Under the pieces are notes generated by a model, which made no database searches, was not told the DNA's origin, and saw nothing but the letters and a program-made list of their open reading frames with translations. A DNA stretch of 64,000 bases. Origin: Pelagomonas calceolata (lineage: Eukaryota). Where the stretch lies: contig CAKKNE010000002.1 in the NCBI GenBank assembly GCA_918797485.1, positions 5,022,001 through 5,086,000 of the forward strand. Reading direction: 5' to 3'. The position numbers were made by a program, and so were the translations under genes. Below, one piece after another: positions 10,058-21,823 of the stretch (positions within the stretch are counted from its first letter, which is position 1; every line of letters starts with the position of its first letter).

Positions 10058-11092
10058 ATGGATCAGGATCCTACGTACGACCGCTGCGAATCAGAAGCCC
10101 TCGCAGTGACGCTGGGCAGAGGCGACAAAACAAAGCTGATCTCGCAAGCACTGTACGGGCCCGAACGGTGGCCGGTCGGGAGACCCCGCGACGCGCGCAG
10201 CAAACTCCTGACCGGTGCCCTTGCGGCGAAGGAGCGGGTGCACTGGTGGCCCGTAGAGCCTTGGTTCCGGCACTACCGCGTCCCTTTCCAGGAGGGGCTA
10301 AGGGTGATCAGTTGGTTCGGACACGGCGAACGGCTCGCCAATTGCACGGTTCAGCACGTGGTGGACACGTTCCAAATCACCGATTGGGACTTCGACAAAA
10401 CTCGCGGGGTCTACCGCCACGCATTCTCCAATATTTTACCTTTAGAGCCGTCTCTTCACATTTCTTGCGATAGCTTGGTCAAAGCCATCACCGAAGCGAA
10501 GAATGGGATGCCCATAACGCCGGGCAAGGCACAGCTGGATACCTGGCGGTGGGCGCCGGCCGGCGTCGTGGAAGACACGATATGGTGGAGCGGTGCCTCG
10601 CGCTACTACGGCGGCCGCGCGCCCATGGTGAGGATGGCCGAGTTGCCCGACGACGCCCTGCGCTGCATCTGCGAGCAGCTCGTGCCCCCGGTCCTGCGGT
10701 CCTGCGGTCCCCCGCTAATTCACGGTACGGCGGAGTCCAACGAAGAATGCATGGCGGCAGCAAAGGAGTACTGTGACGAGCACACGACCGACGCGGCGCT
10801 TCTGGCATGCGACGAGGAGGATTTTTGTTTTGTGATAGGAGATTTAGATTGCCGGCGGGCGGACATACACGACAGAATAATACATTGGCATCGGCACATG
10901 GGACCTGTCGCTGTACAACTTCGCTTAGTCTCGCGGCACTGGCACCGTGCGCAGGAGAAGCCCACGAATCTCATGAAAGCTGAACTCGCGCGGTTGAAAC
11001 AGCACGAAGACATGCTGGAAAATGCGTACAGCCGTGCTCGCTCGGAATACAATCGGCGTTTCGACTCGCCCCACTGGGAATGGATGGGTTAG
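10058..11092 (+). CDS. Hypothetical protein with a possible F-box-like segment
   Basis: 344-aa ORF with ELPDDALRCICEQL...LRLVSRHW. Confidence 0.6.
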   Translation: MDQDPTYDRCESEALAVTLGRGDKTKLISQALYGPERWPVGRPRDARSKLLTGALAAKERVHWWPVEPWFRHYRVPFQEGLRVISWFGHGERLANCTVQHVVDTFQITDWDFDKTRGVYRHAFSNILPLEPSLHISCDSLVKAITEAKNGMPITPGKAQLDTWRWAPAGVVEDTIWWSGASRYYGGRAPMVRMAELPDDALRCICEQLVPPVLRSCGPPLIHGTAESNEECMAAAKEYCDEHTTDAALLACDEEDFCFVIGDLDCRRADIHDRIIHWHRHMGPVAVQLRLVSRHWHRAQEKPTNLMKAELARLKQHEDMLENAYSRARSEYNRRFDSPHWEWMG

Positions 11093-11146
11093 GACCCGTA
11101 TGGCGGTGATGACTAGAAGTGTGTGTAAGTAAGTAAGACTACCATG

Positions 11147-12764
11147 TTACACAGCGTAGGTCGGCGACGGGATCTCCCCGGAGTACACCGTCCCGAACGC
11201 CGCGCCGCCCCCGTCGTCGGCCGGCAGGTAGCCGTCGATCCACAGGTCCACGAACCGCCGCTGCCACGCGTCCGAGAGCGTGTTGCCCCAGTAGGACGAC
11301 AGCGAGATCTCGTTCACGTCGACCTTGCCACCAGTAACAAAAACGTCGCAGCGCAGGTAGTCGGCGCCGACGCCCTGGGCCAGCCTCGAACACGTGTCCC
11401 AGACCTTTGGTAAATGCTCAACCAACGAGGACGAGAACTTGGCCCAGAATAACCCCTGGACGTAGCGGTACTCGCGGATGCACCGACTGTACTCCAGCGA
11501 CCCAAGGCCTCTACAAGTCCGCCGCCAGCCCCGATCGTGAAGCGACGGATCCTTGGTCTTGAACCACGTCTCCTGGGTCTTGCGGTGCGCGCGGATGTGC
11601 GAGTGATCATTAACATACCACTTCCCGAACCACTGCCCAGGAGCCCGGTTCTTCGGCCACTTGTAGCAGGCCCAGCCATCTGTTCGTACTAAAAATTCGA
11701 CCGTATCTTTATGTTGTGTTTTTCCTAAAATCATCTCTCCCACCACATCGACGACGGTCACGCCTGTGTGGATATCAACCAGTGAGTTAGGTTATCGTGA
11801 GCCTCCACGCCATCGAGCCGACGCGGTCACGGGGATGGCGTGGGGCGCCCGAAATTTCATCTCCACTCGGGGTCACGCCGTGCAGCGGCACGCCCCAGAT
11901 CACTTCTACCAGGACCTCCGTCGGTCTCATATCATTCCCGTCCGACGCGGCCGAGACCTTGCCCGGGTTGACCACATCTTGCAGTATTAAGCAGGGACTT
12001 GTCTGTGCGTACAGCTTATTTGTTACGGAAGCCCAGGTCTTACTCCCGTCATCAAAAACCGAGTCCATTTTTGTTTTGACCCACGAGACGTACTTGTCCG
12101 CGTTTCTCTTCAATTCTTTGCTGTCCTTTATATATAAAGTACTCTTCTGCTGGTGGATGTGGCCTACTTTAATGATTGCTGGGTATTCCTGTCCAAGCAG
12201 ATAAGACTTCAATGAAGCCGCCTCGATGCTCCGCCACGTCCGCCGCACTTTCGGATGGGGCAGCTTCAGCGTCTCGAGCATTTGCAACATGACACATTTA
12301 TCTTTCTCGATGGTGAAGCGCTTGTCCTTACTTTTATCCAATAAATTCCCCCATTTCCGCATCCTTAATTGCACCAACTCAGACCACGACGTCGGCCGCT
12401 GAGCGTCTTTCAAGGAAGAGCGAAGGTCGCAGTAGTCCCAGAGCGCGAATTTCGCGCGTCGCTGCCGGATCACGTTCCACCGCGCGTCCATGTAGGCGTT
12501 TATCAGTTTTTCATTTGCTGTATCTTTTGCGGCGGGCGGGATAAATACGTCGAGGAACTTCGTGGCGCGGAAGGCGACGTTGCTCACGACGATGGCGTCG
12601 TAATGGTGATATGTGAACGCTATGGTAGAGACTACTCCGATGGCCGCGCCGACGAGCTTGAGCTTGCTCCGCACGGGCCGCTCGTACTTGTCCTTCGGGC
12701 GGTCGAGGCGCTTCCTGACGGCGTCCTTCGCCTCATTCAAATTCGTTTTCAAGCGTTCGAGCAT
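11147..12764 (-). CDS. Type II membrane protein, possible ATP-grasp (TupA-like) fold
   Basis: Two ORFs joined by a GC-AG intron at 11764-11878 (LHG|VTVVD). N-terminal TM helix; C-terminal YLRCDVFV...VNEIS resembles ATP-grasp enzymes. Confidence 0.6.
11764..11870. mobile_element. Introner (family A) with perfect 8-bp TSD GGTCACGC
   Basis: TSDs at 11756-11763 and 11871-11878; ends CTGTGTGGATAT...ATCTCCACTCGG. Confidence 0.9.
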
Positions 12765-13106
12765 GGTTGCGGCTGCCTGCTGCGATTGGTGCTGCCCACC
12801 GGCGGGCGGCAATGCGGGGCTGCCTCTGCGCTGCCGCCTGGCTTCGCGGTGGCTGTGCGAGGTATTTTAATCCCGCTGCTGACTTATTTGGGCAATCTGG
12901 CCGTCGCACAGGCAAATAAAAGCCGCGCGTCGACACAAGCGAACCCGTACTTTACAGCGTCGCGCGCGACGTCGACGCGTTCGACGCGCAAGCGACGAGC
13001 CGGGCGGCTCGAGGGTGCCGATGCACCGCCCATAAGTGCACCGCAGCGCGTCGGGCAGCCCTGCGATCCGTAGACGCAAGGGGTGTGCCAGCAAGGGAGA
13101 GCCACA

Positions 13107-14876
13107 ATGTGGCGCCCGCTGCTCGCCGCGGCGGCGGCGGCCTGGGTAGTAGTAAGAGCCGAGGACGCGCACTGCCACTGGCGCAGCTACGCGGCGCGCT
13201 ATGATGATGTACGAGCGGCCTTCGGCACCGACGAACACGCGCTACGAGAGCACTACTTTTCTTATGGTCGGAGCGAGGGCCGCACCTGTCATGATGAAAT
13301 GGAGCCCTTCGACTTCGTCCAGGAGCACTGGGTCGAGATCGAGGCGCCGTTGAACGGCGAAACCTTCGCGCCCGATTCGATCATCGAAACGACGGCGCGC
13401 GTGCACCAGTCCACCGTGCCGGCCTACGGCAACGCGACCCATGTTTCTTTGTCGATATTGGTCGCAAATATCGAGAGGACCTTCTTTTTGAGGAGGGGCG
13501 CGGCCCTCTCGGGTGTCGACGCGTTTTGTGGCGAGCACCCGCCGCTCGAAACTCAAAACTGCGCGAAACTGAAAACCACGCTGGAGAGTTTGGTGGCGCA
13601 GCTCCAGGAGAATGCACCGCCGGTGGTGCTGTGCTTTGTGGTCTCCGATGGAACGACCAGCACCGAGCGGTGTGATGCGAACCCCCATTCTTCATTCTCT
13701 GTTCCAAAGCCGGGGCGCTACACCATTGCCGTACGTGCTCAAGGCGCCCTCGGCAGTGCCGCGCGAGGCCCGCGAAGTGCGCGTTCCGTTGTTTCGGTGA
13801 ATGTGGGTTGCCCGGGGCCGACCATTGTAAAGCCGCGCCACGGCGCCATCGTTTCTAGAGAGATAGAAGTGGAACTGGAAGAGGAGGCCTGCGTCTCTAT
13901 CAATGGAGTGGAGAAGTGCGGTTCATTGTTGAGTTTCGCGGACCTTCCTCCTGGAAGAGTCGCCATACGAGCATCTACCGGAGATTGTCTCACGACGATC
14001 AGCGTCGACGTCCGTAGTCCCATCAGGGACTACGAGAGACCTCTACTCGTCACGGCCGCCTCCGAAAGATATGTACAGAGAAGGATGCTCGACAATTTAG
14101 TGGGCTCCTTACACTTCTGGGAGCCTTCGTCCACGATAGTGGTCTACGACCTCGGCTTTTCACCAGCATCGAGATCCAAGGTTTTGAGGTGGCGCGACGT
14201 TGAGTTGCGAGACCTGGCACCCGCAGTACAACGAGTTTTAAATGAGACGCCGCCACATACTCTACAAGCGTCGTCCTACGCGTTTAAGATGATAGTCGTC
14301 CAGGACGCTCTACGTACAGCCCGTAGTGTTTTGTGGATCGACGCGAACTGCGAGGCGCGACGACCGCTCGACGACGTCTTCCACCTCTTACGAGACAAGG
14401 GCCACTTCCTCGTGGAGCACCCGTATCGGTTTCCTACCACTCAATTCCACCACCCGGCCGCCGTGTCGCAGTTGGGTTGTGTTACTGAAGATTTCTCGCG
14501 GCAGCACTGCGCGACGACCTTCGTCGGCGTTGTGCAAGGTAGCTGGTTCGCCACCGACGTCCTGCCGAGACTCGTGGCGTGCATGCGGGATTCAGAATGT
14601 GTGAACCCGATCGGTTCGTCCCGGGACAACCACCGGCAGGAGCAGACCGCCCTCAACGCCATCCTTTGTGCGTTGCAAGCGCCTCCCGATGACGTCTGCC
14701 TGGCCTCCAAGTCATTCAGAATGACGGCGGATTTTGAAAATGATTTGGATGACATGCAGCCGACGCGCGACGAGACGGCCTGGAACGGCATGTATCTGTA
14801 TACGCGGCGGGACCACGCGATCAAGCCCTACCTGCGGTTCCTCCGTGCTGAGGCTCCCGTGGCGCTCGAGCTCTAA
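13107..14876 (+). CDS. Secreted protein with a C-terminal DUF1647-like putative glycosyltransferase domain
   Basis: Signal peptide; LVTAAS, IVVYDLG, YAFK, VLWIDA and NHRQEQ motifs; N-terminal Y..RY.DV...HY...G..EGR module. Confidence 0.65.
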   Translation: MWRPLLAAAAAAWVVVRAEDAHCHWRSYAARYDDVRAAFGTDEHALREHYFSYGRSEGRTCHDEMEPFDFVQEHWVEIEAPLNGETFAPDSIIETTARVHQSTVPAYGNATHVSLSILVANIERTFFLRRGAALSGVDAFCGEHPPLETQNCAKLKTTLESLVAQLQENAPPVVLCFVVSDGTTSTERCDANPHSSFSVPKPGRYTIAVRAQGALGSAARGPRSARSVVSVNVGCPGPTIVKPRHGAIVSREIEVELEEEACVSINGVEKCGSLLSFADLPPGRVAIRASTGDCLTTISVDVRSPIRDYERPLLVTAASERYVQRRMLDNLVGSLHFWEPSSTIVVYDLGFSPASRSKVLRWRDVELRDLAPAVQRVLNETPPHTLQASSYAFKMIVVQDALRTARSVLWIDANCEARRPLDDVFHLLRDKGHFLVEHPYRFPTTQFHHPAAVSQLGCVTEDFSRQHCATTFVGVVQGSWFATDVLPRLVACMRDSECVNPIGSSRDNHRQEQTALNAILCALQAPPDDVCLASKSFRMTADFENDLDDMQPTRDETAWNGMYLYTRRDHAIKPYLRFLRAEAPVALEL

Positions 14877-15288
14877 GTTGTTGTGTTCTGTGCCACCTGC
14901 GTCGACGGCGTTTTGTGAGTAGGCTTCGTGTCTAGGGCTCCACGTCGAGGCGTCGGCGCCGCGGTCGACGCGGCTCGACTACTAGCACCGCGACGGCAGC
15001 GTCAGGGAGACTTCTGCCTCGCCGGAACGCCGTCGCCGCGACCTCTGCCCGGAGTCGTCCGCGGGCTCGACCGTGGGTAGGGGGTCGCGTTGCGCGGCGC
15101 CAAAACAGACAGAGCAACATCTCAGATCCTTTTGCCGCGCGCGAGAGGCAGCCCGCCGCATAAACGAAGCTCCGGTACCCATTAAGCGGCAGCCCTTCGC
15201 ATCTATCGAAGGCTCCGGTACCCCTCGCGAAGCCAGCGGCAAAGCCCGAGCTTGCGCACAGCGTGCTCTTTGCCAGCTCCGCCAAAAC

Positions 15289-16077
15289 ATGGGCCTCGCG
15301 GACGTCATCCAGCTCGCGAATTCGACAGAGGAGTACGGCGACGACACCGAGGATTATGGAATGTGGGCGACGCTGGCGTGTATATTAGCTGGTGCGGTCT
15401 TCACGTTCCTGTTTCTGGCGGGAGGGCAAGAACGACAGGAGCAGACGCAATCTGTGAGAGACGCCGAGGACGACGACGCGCGTACGGCATTGCTCAGAGC
15501 GTGTACGCGCGTTTTAAGCTGGGAGGCCGACTCGGACGACGAGCAGGAAAGTCGTGCGTTCGCTACCGCTCTCGACGATGCCCTGAAACGGGCGCGGTCG
15601 GTACATGACGGCCTCAGCACGATGCCGACGCCGCCCTCCGTGAATACCTGGGCCCAGCAGGAGCTCCAGTTGCTCGCTGAATCGGATTTAGAGGGCTCGT
15701 CGGCGGGTCTGGAGTTGGGTGCTACCGCATTAGCGCTGGCGACGACGCGGAGGGACCACTGGGAGGCCTGCGAGACGATCAACGACGAAGGTAGGGCAGC
15801 GGCTTTTGTCGTCGCCGCGTCCGAGAATGTTCATGCTTCGGTCCTACTGCTCGGGACGCGGTGCCGTCCTAGGATGCCGTGCGCCGGGGAACGCGGTTTG
15901 TTGGTTGTGGCCGCTGGCGCCCTGGCGGACGAGAATGGGACACAACACAAGCCCGGGAGTTGTCTGGCGTTCCGCCAATCAGCGACTCGTGTGTTGCGCG
16001 CGGACGCGGGGCCGGTCCTGTGCGTGCTGCTGCGCGTGCCGGTGTCCTGCGAGATGCTGCTGCCGGACGTGTCCTGA
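15289..16077 (+). CDS. Hypothetical single-pass membrane protein with a possible cupin-like C-terminus
   Basis: TM helix WATLACILAGAVFTFLFL followed by a beta-rich tail. Confidence 0.55.
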   Translation: MGLADVIQLANSTEEYGDDTEDYGMWATLACILAGAVFTFLFLAGGQERQEQTQSVRDAEDDDARTALLRACTRVLSWEADSDDEQESRAFATALDDALKRARSVHDGLSTMPTPPSVNTWAQQELQLLAESDLEGSSAGLELGATALALATTRRDHWEACETINDEGRAAAFVVAASENVHASVLLLGTRCRPRMPCAGERGLLVVAAGALADENGTQHKPGSCLAFRQSATRVLRADAGPVLCVLLRVPVSCEMLLPDVS

Positions 16078-16465
16078 CCTCTCCCTCTCCGTGTAAATTC
16101 CTTTGCTGCTTGTGATTGAAGCCTGCTCCAGAGTAGATCTCCAGAGTGCTGGACCCGCGGTCCGCGGACCAATTTTTTTTTTGTCTTAAGGACACGTCCT
16201 TGATTGTGCCTTGCGAGGATTAGTGGGAGAGCGTAGCTGCCTTTATACGGCTACGCGCGTCGGGGATCGAGCTAACCGTCCATTGGCCCCAGTGTGAGCG
16301 GCGGAATTTGCGCGCGAGGACATACCTCGCGTAGTCGCGCTGTTCTGGCACGCCTGCGGACGCCACTGGTTGGCACAAGCGAGCGGGAACCGCGCGAGCG
16401 GCCGTAGAAAAAAAAAGAAGAGCAACAGCTAATAATCTAGGAGGAGCAAAAGCGGCCAATAGACC

Positions 16466-17410
16466 ATGGGGACCCTTTCGCCGGATCTGGTGACGATGTC
16501 AAAACCCAGCGCCGAAACACCGCGCGCCGAAACGCCGCCGGCCGGCGAGTCGCGCGCGCGCGACCGCGACGCCGTACGGCTTCGCTCGCGCTCGCGCCAG
16601 ACATGCCCGGTCCGCGGGCGCGCGCGCCTCCGACGCCGCACCGGTTCGCTCGCGCCCGCCAGAATCCGCGCCCGCTCACGCCGCGACCCCCCGCGCAGCA
16701 TCACGATCATCATCGCGTCCCTACTGACGTTGTTGGTATACTACTTGGTCCTAGCCTACTATTTCATAGGGAAGCCCCAGATTTTATGTCCGCACGTCCC
16801 GGACGCGGAAGAGGCCCAGGCCAAGTCCGGCAAAGAGTGGCTCCAGGAGGGCCTCGCCATCAAGGCCAAAAAGGTCTACAAGAACGGCGGCCTAGATGTG
16901 GAGATCGGTGTTCTGCGAGCGAAGATGCTCATGAGACTCTTCCTGATGATGATCCCCGTCATGTTTGGGGTCGCCTTAGCTTGGTCCCTGATCGGCGTGA
17001 CCGAGGCCGGTACCGCCAGATTAGGTATGTCGAACGTGCTAGCCAAAGACTTCGAAAAAAAGGGCCGGACGGACTCGAAAGCCATCGAATTGCGCATCAG
17101 ATATCTAGCGGTCCGGTTCTGGGTCGCGACCGTCGGTTCCTGGTTCTCGGTGATCCTCAGTCTGTACGTCTGCGACAAGTGGGACGAGCGCATAGGGCTG
17201 GCTCGACCGCCAGAAGGACCACGACGCGGGCGACTGGCCGGAGTCGGGCGCGTTCACGGGCGGCAAGCACGACCGCCACGACTCGTCCGACAACCTGAAG
17301 GCCTAGTCGGCTCGTCCCTTGCTCGTGTTATATCCCCTCGTCCCCCTTCCCCATCCTGTAACACTAGAGCATCTATTGTTCGCGTGTCGCGGCGTGAGCT
17401 CTGCCTTTGA
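16466..17410 (+). CDS. Hypothetical membrane protein (about 3 TM); both ends uncertain
   Basis: Hydrophobic helices in the middle of the ORF. The Arg-rich ends may be non-coding or intronic. Confidence 0.45.
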   Translation: MGTLSPDLVTMSKPSAETPRAETPPAGESRARDRDAVRLRSRSRQTCPVRGRARLRRRTGSLAPARIRARSRRDPPRSITIIIASLLTLLVYYLVLAYYFIGKPQILCPHVPDAEEAQAKSGKEWLQEGLAIKAKKVYKNGGLDVEIGVLRAKMLMRLFLMMIPVMFGVALAWSLIGVTEAGTARLGMSNVLAKDFEKKGRTDSKAIELRIRYLAVRFWVATVGSWFSVILSLYVCDKWDERIGLARPPEGPRRGRLAGVGRVHGRQARPPRLVRQPEGLVGSSLARVISPRPPSPSCNTRASIVRVSRRELCL

Positions 17411-17474
17411 CGAGGCTCCACCTCGACGCCATCGCGCAGACGTTCCAACTCTTAAAAACACACACGAAACATTT

Positions 17475-20360
17475 TTAGCGAGTCTTCGCCTTTTTCCGGC
17501 GAGGCGTCGCGTCATTCCCCCGCCGCACGACGACCTTGTGAGAGCGCCGCTGGCCCGTCGTTTTCCTACCTTTCCCCGCCTTGCGCTCCTTCTCGCTTCG
17601 CAGCGAACCGACGGACGCCCCTTGCGCGTTTCCATTGGAATCCTCGACGCCGGACAACAGGCTCCAGAGCGGCTCCGGTGCTCGACCTCTCGCGGCAAAC
17701 AAGTCAGAGTAGGCCCCGAGCACGTTCCGCACACTCTCTCCATTCTCATCGACGAACTCGATCCTATACCGAGCAATGCCTTCCTCGAGCCAGTCAGCCA
17801 ACGTATCCGCGCCACTTTGTGCTTGGGCATTGAAGACCGTGTTCCGGCAGCCCAGGTCCGCGAGCACCAGATGGTCCTGGCCGTTTTCGTCCTGTAGATG
17901 GATCTTGTGCCGCTCGCAGACGTGGCCGCAGTCCGCATACGAATTACCCTTCGACAGATATCGCGCATATAGACAATGAGACGAGTGGAAGATCGGTAAA
18001 TGTTGGTGGAGCACCGGCTCCAGCTTCATGCGTCGTTGCGGCGACAAGTTTCGCGCGAGAGACGCTATAGCCGAACCAGACAGGTCGTGTGCTGGGGTTA
18101 GTCTCTCAAGACCTTCGTCCGCGTACGCAGCGAAGGACACCGCGTTCGCAGCGTTCAATGAAAAGTCGCCTCGGATCTCCACGCCGCCGTGCCCCCTATT
18201 TAAGCTTTGGAGTTGCCCGGGCGACCTAGCTAATAAAGCGTCCGGCTTTAGGGCGATCAAGCCGTCCAGACCGCGCTCGCCTGGTAAAGTAATGCGTGGC
18301 GCGGCGACGACCGCGCGCAGACCGCTTTCTCTCACGACGTCGATGGACGCCTGATAGTTCGTCATTTCCAGGAAGTCGAGGACGACCTCGTCGACCAGAT
18401 CTGAGTGAGAAGCGAAGGCGCAGACCGCAATGACTTGTTCCGGGTCCCGTACCAGGACGGAGACGCGCGGCGTCACCGCCTCGACCTCAAGTAAATCTTC
18501 ATCGTTCAAGCCACCATCAGCACCAGCTTCGTTGCGCTTCTGCCGCGCGGCGCCGTAGTTCTGGGACGCGCTCCGTTGTTGTGGAGCCCGCAACTTTTTC
18601 AGTGACTCGACGGCCCGCCGCCTAGCCTGTTTTATGTCGCCCGCATAGCACCACCAGTCTCCTTGAATATCGACCGACACACCACCAAGGCGCCAGGGCG
18701 TGTCCCCCAGACTCCCGACCGCCTTCACAATCGTGGCAGAGGTCAGAGGCTGCGTCGCCGGCGGCTCGACTACTAAATCTTCTACTACGGAGTGCTGGCC
18801 GTCCGTCAGTTGCACGGTGAGCAGACCGTCGCGTACGGAGACGGCCACGTCCACGGAAGTACGCTTCACTGAAGATGATGATGCTAGTCTCTTGAGCTTG
18901 GCATCTACGGTACTGTCGGACGTGCGCCAGAGCAAAGCACCTTCAGACAACCAGGGCTTCGATGCTACATCCCGGCCGAAGGTCAATCTCACAAGACCGT
19001 CATTGAGTGGAGCGACGTCGTACAACGCACCGCCCACTTCGTCCTGCGCGTGGTCCGGCCCGCAGTCGATGACGACGCCGTCGCCCCGCTTCAGCCTGTG
19101 TGGACATCAACCAGTGAGTTACGTTCCGACATTTGATTTCCACACAGGGTTCAACTCTATGGCTGCGGAGGGCTCCACCACCAATTCCAAGCCCTGTTTT
19201 TTCGGGTAGACCTCCACGACCCTCCCAGCTAGCACGCCCCGGTGCCGCGGCGCGTTGCCGACGACGAGGGATTGGTGCTTGGGCCCTCTCAAAAACCCGG
19301 GCGTGAGGCCATCTCTCTCACTGTCTTGCCCGCGCGCGAAGACCTGCCTCAAGTCACTTCTGGTCACAGTTTCATCTTCTGTGGAATGGTCCCAGACCGC
19401 ATCAATAGCCTCCCTATAAGCTCTGGTGGTGGCCGCGACGTAGCGCTCGTCCTTCAACCTACCTTCGATCTTAAAACAGCTGACTCCCGCTTGAATTAGT
19501 GCGGGGACGTCGTCGAGGCCGCACAGGTCGCCCGGCGACAGCGCGTACTGGAGGCCCTCCTCCCTAGAACCGTCGACGACCACCGCATAGGGCAGTCTAC
19601 AGGCCTGGGCGCACTGGCCCCGGTTCGCGCTGCGGCCGCCCCAGGCTTCGCTGCTGAGGCACTGGCCGCTCCAGGAGATGCATAACGCACCGTGGACAAA
19701 CGCTTCCACTTCCGCGGACGTCCCTCTCGCGACAGAAGCGATTTCTTGGGTAGACAGCTCCCTTCCGACAACGACCCTCGTAGCACCCCGCTCCCGCGCG
19801 AACTCGGCGCCGTCCGCCGACGAGATGGATTGCTGCGTCGACGCGTGAATAGGTAATTCGGGCGCAACTTCTCGCGCCAGCGCCATGACGCCCACGTCCT
19901 GCACAATCACGGCATCCACCCCAGCCTCGGAGCACCTCCTTAGTAAGCGCTCGATCTCGTCGAGCTCCTTGTCGAAGGCGAGCGTGTTTAACGCCACATA
20001 ACCCTTCACTTCATTTTCGCGTAAGTACGCGATGACCTCGTCCAACTCCGCACCCGGATCGAAGTTCGTGGCCCGGGCCCGCGCGGAGAACGTCGATAAA
20101 CCAAAATAGACGGCGTCGGCGCCGTTATGTACGGCTGCTTTGAGCTGCGGCCAGCCGCCGGCGGGCGCCATGACCTCCGGTTTTTGCCTCAAGGTTATAC
20201 CGGGGCCCTTCACCTCGTCGAAGAGCTCGGGCGTCTTGCGGCGGCGCGGGTCGTCCTGTTTTGTGTTCTGCGCCTGCATGCGGGTGGTCCGTGCACCCTG
20301 CGGTAACGGCGGGGTCAGCGCGGCCGCCACCGCGCCGGCAAACAGCCATATTCTTTTCAT
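17475..20360 (-). CDS. U32 'peptidase' family protein (RlhA-like RNA hydroxylase with DUF3656), probably plastid-targeted
   Basis: PEVMAPAGG, GADAVYFG, HASTQ, FVHGALCISWSGQCLSS...SANRGQCAQACRLPY, FKIEGRLK. Intron 19096-19155 joins IE|LKRGDGVVID. N-terminal signal peptide. Confidence 0.88.
19096..19147. mobile_element. Introner (family A), 52 bp
   Basis: CTGTGTGGACATC...GATTTCCACACAG; TSD GCTTCAGC/GGTTCAAC (6/8). Confidence 0.88.
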
Positions 20361-20522
20361 TGCCCCAGGCCTTAGTACTGAGCAAGGAGGCGCCGGGGCA
20401 ACCCGCTGTCGCTTGAGATCGTTGACACGCAGCAAATTGACGATTTCTATCGCTTCACAAGCTTCCGTGCAGTCCTGCCTTGCGAGTCTACGTCAATTGC
20501 AGCTGTCTTACGCTAAATAATG

Positions 20523-20541
20523 GCTAGCTGAAAGACACTAG
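20523..20541 (-). promoter_or_regulatory. Conserved intergenic motif upstream of the U32 gene
   Basis: GCTAGCTGAAAGACACTAG on +. Confidence 0.55.
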
Positions 20542-20591
20542 AGAATTTTTTCAGATTACTATTACAAGGGAGAAAGACAGGGGATCGATCA

Positions 20592-21347
20592 TCAGAGCCC
20601 CGCGTACCACGGCTGCGCCGCCTTGGCGGGCGACTCGCCGTGGAGCGGGTTCACCTCGTCGCCGTCCGAATCGTCCTCGAACGGGTTCCGCGAGGACGCC
20701 GCGCCGACGCTCTCCTCGTCCGGTTCCGGCGGGTTGTACTTGTCGCGGTAATACGCCCGTAATTGATCGAATCTACCGGTCCGCGCGGCTTCGCTCACTT
20801 CCCGCCTCGCGTTCGACGCCGCCTCTTCGGCCGCCAGAGACACGCGTAGATCGTCCGCTTCCGACGACAGCGTCCTCGACAAATTTTTAGCAAGCGAGTA
20901 CCGTATCATTTCAAGCACCGCCCCGCCGAAGACGCCGCCGACGACGAACCAGTAGTAGTGCGACGCAGTTTGCTCCTCTGAAGGTGTGGCTTTCGCGACA
21001 TAGTCAAGACAGGAATCCTTCATCGTCGCCATGTATATGCCCGCGCCCGCGCCGACGATAGCTAACGGTATAGCAAGCAAGCCGGAGAGTCTGAGAGCGC
21101 AGGGGCTGTCGAAGACGGTCCCCCCGAAGCCGAGCGCCGCGCCCAGCAGAAAGGCGCCGGCCAGGAATAAACTAGCGTGGACGGCGCGCTGCACGGCGAC
21201 TTCGGCGCCGGCTTTATTGCTCCGGAGGTAGATGGCCAGGCCCAGAGCCGCGCAGCCGATGCCCGCGTCGGCGGTGTTTATCAAGAGCAAAGAGAACTTC
21301 TTGAGCATCTTGCAGCAGGAGGCGCAGCAGCCGGTGCGGTTCGCCAT
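20592..21347 (-). CDS. Tetraspanin-like four-TM protein
   Basis: Four hydrophobic helices, N-terminal cysteines, charged C-terminal tail. Confidence 0.6.
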   Translation of the reverse strand: MANRTGCCASCCKMLKKFSLLLINTADAGIGCAALGLAIYLRSNKAGAEVAVQRAVHASLFLAGAFLLGAALGFGGTVFDSPCALRLSGLLAIPLAIVGAGAGIYMATMKDSCLDYVAKATPSEEQTASHYYWFVVGGVFGGAVLEMIRYSLAKNLSRTLSSEADDLRVSLAAEEAASNARREVSEAARTGRFDQLRAYYRDKYNPPEPDEESVGAASSRNPFEDDSDGDEVNPLHGESPAKAAQPWYAGL

Positions 21348-21561
21348 GGTTTTCGGGGAGCGGCGCGTGCCGTAGCGCGATTGATTTTTGTATCAGGTCA
21401 AAGCGCACTGGCTGCGATTTTAAACAATCGACGCTGACGGCGTGCCGGGCTTCGAAATTCGTGATCTGTGAGCTCCGAGGACGCCTCGTTAAGATCCTAC
21501 GAAATGTGAGCCAAGCAGCGGCTGCGTCAAACGCAAAAAACGCCGGGACCAAAATGAACGC

Positions 21562-21587
21562 GCTAGCGGCATGTAAGACACTAGCAA
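21562..21587 (-). promoter_or_regulatory. Conserved intergenic motif in a divergent promoter
   Basis: GCTAGCGGCATGTAAGACACTAGCAA; exact reverse complement of the 41561 copy. Confidence 0.65.
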
Positions 21588-21823
21588 CGAGCCGTTCGTG
21601 ACTCAGACGCGTGCGGGAGACGAGTCGGAACACTAGATGGCGGCCCTACCAACGTAGCAGTCCAAGGCAAAGCAGCACAAGCGCCCAACCGCGTCGTTGC
21701 GTACGAATTTCGGCCTGTGCCGGCCGTGCGCGGGACAGCAACGTTGCTCGGGGCAGCCCGAGAACGCATTCGACGCCGGCGCTCGGCACGGCGCGCTCGC
21801 AAGGTCGTAGCCGAAACATAGCA

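Noticed and set aside
19037..19155. Frameshift or pseudogene interpretation of split ORFs (also 11764, 23977, 25621, 36441, 43044, 45599)
   Set aside because: Each break is resolved exactly by a GT/GC-AG intron.
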